A stretch of 64,000 bases of DNA, taken from contig CAZBZK010000001.1 in the NCBI GenBank assembly GCA_964496365.1, forward strand, positions 18,254-82,253, written 5' to 3'. How positions within the stretch are numbered: the first letter of the stretch is position 1; the number at the start of each line of letters is the position of its first letter. The translations under genes and the position numbers were made by a program. The notes beneath the pieces were generated by a model that was not told the DNA's origin, made no database searches, and saw only the letters and a list, made by a program, of their open reading frames with translations. The stretch is from an uncultured bacterium. GTDB lineage: Bacteria > Fidelibacterota > Marinisomatia > Marinisomatales > AB-629-J13. Positions 9,459 to 16,895 of the stretch are shown here, piece by piece.

Positions 9459-9615
9459 GAAATTCTCCTGTTTATATTTATGACCAAAAAAACGTTAGGC
9501 AGTTTAGATTAATCTGTTATTCAGTTCCTAAAACAAATATTTATAAAATTAGTTGTATTAAATCATAGAATAAGAAAATTAAGTTCTGAGAAGACATATT
9601 TCAAAAAAGGACAAA

Positions 9616-10431
9616 ATGAGATTAAAAAATTATTTTTATGTTACTCAATTGCTATTGGTTGCTTTTGTTTTTGGACACAAGGCAAAATATTTAAAAAATG
9701 ATTCTGTGTATAAATCAGTTTTACCATTGACAAAAGAAAAAAACATCCCCATAGATTTCGTGAAACAATCGTTTAAATCTGAATCTGTCAAAATTTATGA
9801 AGACATCCCGGACAGGTTTGAATTTGCCTATGAAAAAAAAGATTATCCGGAATATAAAAAGCTTTTCCTCACAGATAAACGAATAAAAGATGGCGTTGAG
9901 TTTTATCTATTAAATTCCGAATTGATCGAATCTATTTCCGATAGTTTGGACGTAGATCCATATTTAATTCTAAGTATTACAGGAATTGAAAGCAATTTTG
10001 GTTCCCATCCGGGACATTATGATGTGTTCAGTGCATTATACACAATTGTCCATTCCATGCCAAACCGAAAAAAGTGGGCATCAAAAGAACTCGCTGAATT
10101 TTTAGATTATTGTTATCGAGATAAAATTCCAGTTCATTCCATTACCGGATCTTATGCAGGAGCTTTTGGGTTCGGGCAGTTTATACCATCAAGTTTTAAC
10201 CGATTTGCCGTTGACTTTGATAAAGATGGCATCCGACGATTCGATGAGTGGGCTGATGTCATGGCAAGCATAGCCAATTATCTTTTAAAGAACGGGTACG
10301 AACCGGGAGGGTCGTTCGAGCGGGATTCAAAAAACTGGGATTCAGTTTATGCCTATAATCATCATGACAACTATGTGATGGCTGTACTTGATCTAAGGCT
10401 TGAGTATAAAAAAAGGATATCAGGCAGATAG
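9616..10431 (+). CDS. Lytic murein transglycosylase (MltB/SLT_2-like)
   Basis: Motifs ITGIESNFG (catalytic Glu region) and GSYAGAFGFGQFIPSSF are characteristic of MltB-type lytic transglycosylases. Confidence 0.7.
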   Translation: MRLKNYFYVTQLLLVAFVFGHKAKYLKNDSVYKSVLPLTKEKNIPIDFVKQSFKSESVKIYEDIPDRFEFAYEKKDYPEYKKLFLTDKRIKDGVEFYLLNSELIESISDSLDVDPYLILSITGIESNFGSHPGHYDVFSALYTIVHSMPNRKKWASKELAEFLDYCYRDKIPVHSITGSYAGAFGFGQFIPSSFNRFAVDFDKDGIRRFDEWADVMASIANYLLKNGYEPGGSFERDSKNWDSVYAYNHHDNYVMAVLDLRLEYKKRISGR

Positions 10432-10436
10432 CTGTT

Positions 10437-11912
10437 TTATCCGTACCAAACCGTAAATAGTTTTTTAAACCACTTTTTTGTTCTATCAGAAACAGGAAAC
10501 CACCATGGTTCTTTTTTCAATCCAAGCCTGTCTTCACACACTGCCTGAACACGGGAAAAGGCCTTGAGTCCTTCCGGACCATGTACTCTTCCCATGCCTG
10601 ACAACCCCACACCACCAAAAGGAAGAGAAGCACAAATATAGTTGGTGTTGATATCATTAATGCAAACAGATCCAGACTTAATTTGTCCTGCAATTTTTCG
10701 AGCTTTTCGAATATTTTTTGAAAACACAGACGCACTTAGACCAAACCCTGTGGAGTTTGCCTGTTCAACTGCCTCTTCCTCAGACCTTACCCGAGTTACA
10801 GTGATGACCGGTCCAAAAATTTCAGACTGCATTAATGAGGAAGAGTTATCATTTGTTTCAACTATTATTGGCGGAAGAAAACAGGAATTATCATCTGGTT
10901 TTATCTCCCCATTAAAATGAAATTTGTTTCCTTCTTTGTTCGCTTCATCAATAAAAGATTTAACGGTTTCTTTTTGTTTGTGGTTTATCATTGTTCCCAT
11001 ATCAGCTTCGTCTTTATCATCGGAAATAGAAAGCTCTGAAACCTGTTTTTTTAGCTGATCTAAAAATGGTTCGGCTATGGAATCCAATACATAAATCCGT
11101 TCCACGGAAATGCAGGTTTGACCGCAATTAGAAAATCCACCCCACACAGCAGCAGAAACGGCTCTCTCCAAATCGGCATCTTCCAACACGACCATGGGGT
11201 CTTTCCCGCCTAGTTCTAATATTGACGGTTTTAGTTGTTTAGCACATGATTCGGCGATGAGCTTTCCAACCTTTACACTTCCCGTGAAACATATTATATC
11301 TGTCAAGGGGCTATCAACTAATGCTGATCCAACATCTCCATAACCATGCACGATTTGAAATACATCCGTAGGAATTCCAGATTCTATAAACAATTCACGG
11401 ATTTTATCTCCGGTAATCGGTGTGTTTTCTGACGGTTTTAAAACAACAGTGTTTCCCGAAATTAGAGCTTCCACGACCGGAGACATTGCAAGAATCAAAG
11501 GATAATTCCATGGAGAAATAATTCCTGCTGTACCATAAGGAAAATATTGAATATGGGCTTTTTTATGTACAAAAATTCCTGTTGATCGTTTCTCCTTCGC
11601 TAAAAGAAAAGGTGCATGACGGCACATATATTTCAGATGTTCCGCTACCGTCATGACTTCCAAAAAACTATCCCAATAGGGTTTTCCGGTCTCTTTGCTA
11701 ATTATTTCGACAAATTCTTGAGTTCGTTTAATCAAGGCTTTTTGTGTTTTTTTTAGCAGACTGGCTCTTTCAAGTATCTTTAATTTTCCCCAATGACCTT
11801 TTACATCGCTACTTTTTTCAAGGATGTGTTTTAGTTCTGCAGGTGTCGTAATAGGTACGCTCCCAATCTTTTGTCCGGAAACTGGATTGATGGAATTTAT
11901 CTTATCAACCAT
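10437..11912 (-). CDS. NAD(P)-dependent aldehyde dehydrogenase family protein
   Basis: ELGGKDP glutamate motif, catalytic Cys block FSNCGQTCISVER, and the C-terminal EIFGPV motif. 491 aa. Confidence 0.85.
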   Translation of the reverse strand: MVDKINSINPVSGQKIGSVPITTPAELKHILEKSSDVKGHWGKLKILERASLLKKTQKALIKRTQEFVEIISKETGKPYWDSFLEVMTVAEHLKYMCRHAPFLLAKEKRSTGIFVHKKAHIQYFPYGTAGIISPWNYPLILAMSPVVEALISGNTVVLKPSENTPITGDKIRELFIESGIPTDVFQIVHGYGDVGSALVDSPLTDIICFTGSVKVGKLIAESCAKQLKPSILELGGKDPMVVLEDADLERAVSAAVWGGFSNCGQTCISVERIYVLDSIAEPFLDQLKKQVSELSISDDKDEADMGTMINHKQKETVKSFIDEANKEGNKFHFNGEIKPDDNSCFLPPIIVETNDNSSSLMQSEIFGPVITVTRVRSEEEAVEQANSTGFGLSASVFSKNIRKARKIAGQIKSGSVCINDINTNYICASLPFGGVGLSGMGRVHGPEGLKAFSRVQAVCEDRLGLKKEPWWFPVSDRTKKWFKKLFTVWYG

Positions 11913-12035
11913 TTAAGATTCTGTATGTGTTGCAAATAAAAACATTTCTCTTTCTCAGATATGATAAACAAATATTGTGTATGTAAATTTAAGAAAATAT
12001 ATGATTATAAAATCAAGTTATGACATGAGAGTTCC

Positions 12036-12785
12036 ATGATTAAAAAAATATCAAAAATGCGTTTATGGTTGATTTTGGTGTGTTTGCTTGTCAATTTAGT
12101 CTGCAGTAAACGCTCCAAGAGAGGCATACCATATTCTTTGCTTATTACCGGAGATCAAGTGAAAAAATCAGGGGAAATGATTCAAGGCTTACCCCTGGGA
12201 CTTAATGAGATATATTTTGATTCATCCAAGTCTGACACGGTTTTTGTCTCTGTTCATGGATACGATTCAAGGGGTTATGAATGGGTATATCCACTAAAAT
12301 CAATGGCAGAATCTGGAAACAGGACCTTTTATTATCGCTGGGATTGGAATCAATGTCCACAGAGAGCTACCGATGATTTGCACGATACACTTGTGGCACT
12401 CTTAAATGAGACCGTGTCCATTAAACATCTTATTATTTTTGGTCACAGTTATGGAGGTGTCATCACAGCAAATTTAATGGAAACCCAGTTGGGTTCCGTA
12501 GAAATCCACAGCATTGCCGCACCGCTGTCTGGTCATCCAAAGTTTAAAAGAAAATGTTCGGTGTTTCCAGATTTTTCGGACATGGTGTCGCGAAATTCCT
12601 TGATCCAATGGAGGACTCAACACAAGCAAGACGGGGCTTTTAAGAATCTTGAAATAAACCCTCAGGTGGTTTCCGTTTCCGGAAGCAAGGTTGTCCAGCT
12701 TCCAGACAGAATTGATGGGAGAAGATTGGGGCATAATTGGTCAATAACGTGGGTTATTGATATGTATTTAAATAAAAACAATTAA
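12036..12785 (+). CDS. Alpha/beta-hydrolase lipoprotein (function unknown)
   Basis: Lipobox-like signal (LLVNLVCS), nucleophile elbow GHSYGG, an HG oxyanion region (SVHGYDS) and a late His (LGHNW). Confidence 0.5.
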   Translation: MIKKISKMRLWLILVCLLVNLVCSKRSKRGIPYSLLITGDQVKKSGEMIQGLPLGLNEIYFDSSKSDTVFVSVHGYDSRGYEWVYPLKSMAESGNRTFYYRWDWNQCPQRATDDLHDTLVALLNETVSIKHLIIFGHSYGGVITANLMETQLGSVEIHSIAAPLSGHPKFKRKCSVFPDFSDMVSRNSLIQWRTQHKQDGAFKNLEINPQVVSVSGSKVVQLPDRIDGRRLGHNWSITWVIDMYLNKNN

Positions 12786-12794
12786 TTTACTAAC

Positions 12795-13118
12795 TTGTTT
12801 ACAACATTAGACATTGGACATCAAACACATTCCTTGGATTCGGCATTATCAATATTAGAAACCGAAGTGAGTAATTTACAGTTTGAAGGCAAAACCAAAT
12901 GTATAAAAATAATCCACGGACACGGAAAAGGTGCATTACGGAATGCAGTGAGAAAATGGTGCGATGACCAGGAAGGGAGGTTTCAGGCCGTTATTTTTGG
13001 TGAGGATTATGACATATTTCATTTAAAATCATCTGCCATGCGGTCAGATTGTGGTAATCCTTACGATTCAGATTTAGGTCAAAAAAACCGTGCGGTTACT
13101 TATCTATGGTTATGGTAA
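12795..13118 (+). CDS. Stand-alone Smr-domain protein
   Basis: The block KIIHGHGKGALRNAVRKW resembles the Smr (MutS2 C-terminal-like) core. 107 aa, TTG start. Confidence 0.55.
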   Translation: MFTTLDIGHQTHSLDSALSILETEVSNLQFEGKTKCIKIIHGHGKGALRNAVRKWCDDQEGRFQAVIFGEDYDIFHLKSSAMRSDCGNPYDSDLGQKNRAVTYLWLW

Positions 13119-13147
13119 AAATAATTAAGTATATCTTGGAAAACTTC

Positions 13148-13177
13148 TTGACATCCGTACTTTTTTCGAAGTAATAT
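13148..13177 (+). promoter_or_regulatory. Candidate sigma70-type promoter (TTGACA - 18 nt - TAATAT)
   Basis: A perfect -35 hexamer at 13148-13153 and TAATAT at 13172-13177, at the start of the 520-bp Smr-motA intergenic region. This is a sequence match only. Confidence 0.3.
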
Positions 13178-13390
13178 TTCTGAACGACAGGAATTGTCAT
13201 TATTAAAGTTTCCGAGGTAATTGCATCGTTATTAAAGCTAAAACATGAATTGGTGTAAAAATGGACATATCATTTTTGCAGGTTCAGGGGTCTGTTTAAT
13301 TTTTGTACCAAAGTTGTTTCATGTTTCAAAACATCTGATTGGTTTTTATTATTCTGTTTCGTCATCAAAATGAATTTTAACAAATATTTA

Positions 13391-13477
13391 GTGGGTGAGT
13401 TCGGTGGGAAAGGAATCAAAATGGGAATCCGCATCCCCCTTACCTCGGACCTTAACCTAAACCTCGAATTCGCCCAC
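13391..13477 (+). ncRNA. Candidate structured RNA element in motA leader (unclassified)
   Basis: 13391-13403 (GTGGGTGAGTTCG) pairs with 13465-13477 (CGAATTCGCCCAC) over 13 bp, including two G-U wobbles that are valid only on the plus strand. The interior has GGGA/UCCC and GUGGG/CUUAC helices, GGA-rich 5' half and four ACCU repeats in the 3' half. Confidence 0.4.
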
Positions 13478-13640
13478 CAATCATAATTTAACTATGAATA
13501 AAGAAATTTACTATTCCGTGTGTTCTAAGGGAGTCATTGTTTAAATTTAACTATATGATTTCAGATAAAATTAAAAACTTGTGCTTCGCATACGACTATT
13601 AAGTAATAGAATGTGAAAAATCTAAAGGAGTAACCATTTT

Positions 13641-14426
13641 ATGGATATTGCAACATTAATTGGAATAATTGCAGGATTGGGTATGATCGGTGGCGGAATC
13701 TTTGCGAATGCCGCCGCCGCTGGTGCTAGTACTGCTGTGTTTATTTCACCACCTAGTTTTATTATTGTATTTGGAGGAATGATTGCCTCGGTAGCTGTCG
13801 CCTTTCCCCTGAATGATATCATGGCTTTGGGTGCAGCAATCGGTGCAACTTTTAAAGGAAGTGGCGATAAATTAGGAACCTACGTAGATGAGGCTGTTGA
13901 TGTTGCTGAAGTTGCCAGAAAGGGAACAACTGAACTGGAAGGCAGGCTTGGTACGGTTAAAAACTTCTTTTTTAAAGACGGACTTCAAATGGTTGTGGAT
14001 GGGTATTCTGAGGATGAAATTTCCGATATTTTATACACCCGCATTGATTACAGGGAGGTCAGGGAAAAAGCACAGGCAGATTTATTTAAAACCATGGGAA
14101 CCATGGCGCCGGCCTGGGGGATGGTCGGTACGTTGATTGGTTTGGTTATCATGCTTGCGGGGTTTGGCGGAGAAGGCGGTGGTACAGATGCGTTAGGTGC
14201 TGGTATGTCTGCTGCCCTTATCACTACATTTTATGGTTCCGTTTTGGCAAATTTATTTTTCCTTCCTATGGCTGCAAAAGTAGGAAGTCGAATTCAGTTT
14301 ACTTCCACTATTCAGGCATTGCTTGTTGAGGGTGCAAAACTAATTCATCAAAAAAAGCACCCCATAATTGTAAGGGAAAAACTAAATTCCTTTATTCCTC
14401 CAAAAGAATGGAAAAGAGAGGGCTAA
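13641..14426 (+). CDS. motA: Flagellar-type stator protein MotA/PomA
   Basis: 261 aa with two N-terminal TM helices, a large cytoplasmic loop and the C-terminal TM3/4 block MAPAWGMVGTLIGLV...ALITTFYGSVLANLFFLPMA typical of MotA/PomA. SD AAGGAG upstream. Confidence 0.8.
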   Translation: MDIATLIGIIAGLGMIGGGIFANAAAAGASTAVFISPPSFIIVFGGMIASVAVAFPLNDIMALGAAIGATFKGSGDKLGTYVDEAVDVAEVARKGTTELEGRLGTVKNFFFKDGLQMVVDGYSEDEISDILYTRIDYREVREKAQADLFKTMGTMAPAWGMVGTLIGLVIMLAGFGGEGGGTDALGAGMSAALITTFYGSVLANLFFLPMAAKVGSRIQFTSTIQALLVEGAKLIHQKKHPIIVREKLNSFIPPKEWKREG

Positions 14427-15224
14427 TTGCCAAAAACTGTTGATTTCAAAAAAGGGTTTAAAGCCGGGGCAAACTCCGTTGACGAGGGTCTACCGGGCTG
14501 GTTTGGTACCTTTGCAGATATGATGACCCTTTTGATGGCATTCTTTGTTTTGCTGGTTGCAATGTCAACCCTTGACCCGGTTAAACTTCAGGAAATGGCT
14601 GATTCCATGGGAAAGTCTGTGGGAACAAAAAAGAAAATGGAAGGGGCAATGGATTTGGCTGATATAAAATCTGAAGTAGTTGCCATGTTAGAAAAACAGG
14701 AAAATGAAGAGTTAAAAGAAAAAATGGAAGTCTATTCCACGCCAAAGGGGCTTGTGATCTCCATTTCTCAAGAAGCCAGTTTTGACCCAGGATCGGCTAC
14801 TCTCAAACCAGAGTTTCAAGGTATTTTAGATAAGCTTGTTCCTATCATAAACGCTCCCAATAATTATCATCCGGTACTTATTGAAGGTCATACAGATGAC
14901 AGGCCAATCCCTAAACGGCTTCAAAAAATATTTCCAACCAACTGGGAGTTGTCTTCGGGTAGGGCAGCATCTGTTGTGCGAAGGCTAATCAATATGGATG
15001 TTGACCCTCTTAGGCTTGAAGCAACAGGCATGGCGGAATTTTCTCCACGAAAAAAACCCCCATTTCCTCGGTTGTTGGATCAGGTATGGATTTCAGAAAC
15101 AAATAACAGCCCTGAGGGTCGAGCAGAAAACAGACGAGTGGAAATCTTGTTTCCTAAAAAAACAGTGAAAGATCAAATGGGACCACAGATTGAAGAAGTT
15201 GTTGAAACCGCATCGGTGGAATAA
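14427..15224 (+). CDS. motB: Flagellar-type stator protein MotB (OmpA-like peptidoglycan-binding C-terminus)
   Basis: N-terminal TM with the conserved Asp (WFGTFADMMTLLMAFFVLL). The C-terminal OmpA-like block is GHTDDRPI...NWELSSGRAASVVRRL...NRRVEILF. It abuts the motA stop. Confidence 0.85.
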   Translation: MPKTVDFKKGFKAGANSVDEGLPGWFGTFADMMTLLMAFFVLLVAMSTLDPVKLQEMADSMGKSVGTKKKMEGAMDLADIKSEVVAMLEKQENEELKEKMEVYSTPKGLVISISQEASFDPGSATLKPEFQGILDKLVPIINAPNNYHPVLIEGHTDDRPIPKRLQKIFPTNWELSSGRAASVVRRLINMDVDPLRLEATGMAEFSPRKKPPFPRLLDQVWISETNNSPEGRAENRRVEILFPKKTVKDQMGPQIEEVVETASVE

Positions 15225-15242
15225 CACAAATTAGTTTAAAGC

Positions 15243-15279
15243 AAAATTAAAAGCCTCAAATATTTGAGGCTTTTTTTTA
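15243..15279. terminator. Bidirectional rho-independent terminator
   Basis: GC-rich hairpin GCCTCA-aatatt-TGAGGC (15253-15270), flanked by an A-rich run upstream and T8 downstream. It lies between convergent motB and the asnB remnant. Confidence 0.8.
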
Positions 15280-16798
15280 TTTCATACAATTATCTATCTC
15301 TCTGGCGGATGGGTCCATAGCGTTTGTCCATTTAGGCATCCAAAAATGAGGGATTAATTTTTCGTGATTACCAAAAAACTGTTGAAAAATTTTTCGACAA
15401 TAATAACTCTCTTTTAGTCGTGGATGACAATAGTTAATTTTCATCGATTCTCTAAAAAACTCCTGATCTGAAATGACCGAGTCCACGTGATTTTGAATAG
15501 TTTTATGCCACGATTCCTTTTCATTGCTTACGCCATCAGAAAACGCACATTTTCTTCTCCAAAGAACATCGTCAGGAAGAATTTTGAACTCTGAAAACGA
15601 CTCTCTCAATATGTGTTTTTCCAGCTTTTTTACACCGTCAAACATCTTTAATTCAGGAGGAATTGAAAGATAATATTTTACGAATGCTTTGTCCAAAAAC
15701 GGTGTTCGGGCTTCCAGTCCATTTGAGCTAATACTCCTGTCTGACCTTAGAACATCAAATAGAAAAACTTATCTTATGAGCCGTTCGCTTTCCTTCTGTA
15801 GTGCTTTTTGAGTGGGTACATTTTTTAGATAGACATACCCACAGCAAGCCTCATCACTCCCCTTTCCATTAAAAATCACTTTTGAATCTATATGTTCTGA
15901 TATGTATTTTGACACTAAATAATTACCTATGCTTGCACGAACCGTTGTTGTGTCAAATGATTCAATGGTGAACAAAACCGTTTCTGTTGCATTTAGAAAA
16001 TCTTCTTTAGTTAAATCAATTTGAAAATGGTTTGTTTTGATGTAATCGGCAATATGTTTGGCATACTCTAAATCGATACTTCCTGATATTCCTATTGAAA
16101 ATGTTTTCAGGTTTTTTGATGATGTGTTTTGAGCAACCAGTGCTGTTATCAAGCTTGAATCCAATCCGCCTGACAATAAACAGGGCACTTCCCTCTCTGC
16201 CATCATCCGCTTTTTCACTGCATCAGTTAAAATCGTTCGTACATTGGCAAATATCCCGGATTCGTCACTCGAATTTATTTTCGACTTCTTGTAAAAATAA
16301 TATTGGTTAAACTGTTTTGGAGAAACAGAACGCCACCATGTTCTGGGGGTAAGGGAGAAATGGTTTTACATAGATTAGCCAAGGCTTTTGCTTTAGATTC
16401 CAAATAAATATTCTGGTTCTCGTAACCAATAAAACCGGGCCTAACTCCAAAAGGATCTCTCCCTGCATAATATTCATTTTTGTTTTTATCATGTATAACG
16501 AACAAAAATACTCCATCCAATTCTTCTACTGTTCGCAATATCCCAAATTTTTTTAAACAAAAATAGAATAAATTCACTATCCGATCCTGTTTTTAGTTTA
16601 AACCCATATCTTTCCGCTAATTCAAGATAATTATATATTTCACCATTACAAACTAAGATTAGGGAATCATCTTCAGGATATGTCATGGGCTGGTTACCCT
16701 CCTCAGTTACACCCAATGATTGCCAAACGATGAAACCCCAAATATTCCTTCGTTTTCCTGCGATGGGATGACCCCATATATGCAAAAATTCCGCACAT
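15277..16798 (-). pseudogene. asnB: Glutamine-hydrolysing asparagine synthetase (AsnB family), disrupted by at least 3 frameshifts and 1 in-frame TAA
   Basis: Collinear AsnB-like pieces lie in different frames. MCGIFAY... starts at 16798 and stops after 31 codons. ORF 16489-16785 carries NGEIYNY...SDSE. ORF 16275-16577 carries GVFLFVIHD...GRDPFGVRP. ORF 15769-16218 carries LLSGGLDSS. ORF 15277-15696 is in the same frame as the previous piece but separated from it by a TAA (LIR*VFLFDVLRSDRS...LEARTPFLD). Confidence 0.8.
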
Positions 16799-16895
16799 GA
16801 TATATGTTAAGTTGAAATTAAACTTTAGTTAGGAATCGTTTAAGATAGTTCAGAATAAAACCACAGAGAAAACAGAATACGTATCTTTTTTAATA

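Noticed and set aside
13391-13477. Identification of the leader element as SRP RNA, a tRNA-like/tmRNA fragment, or a c-di-GMP or guanidine riboswitch
   Set aside because: It lacks the SRP helix-8 GGAA tetraloop and AGCA loop, the T-loop UUCGAAU, and the conserved cores I can recall for those riboswitches. The GGUCCGAGG-like string appears only on the minus strand, where the closing stem would have A-C mismatches. It is left unclassified.
13641-15224. Possibility that the isolated MotA/MotB pair is a Zorya-type (ZorA/ZorB) anti-phage module
   Set aside because: ZorA proteins are much longer, with a long C-terminal tail, and are accompanied by ZorC/ZorD or ZorE. Here MotA is 261 aa with classical stator architecture, and no helicase or nuclease partner genes are adjacent.
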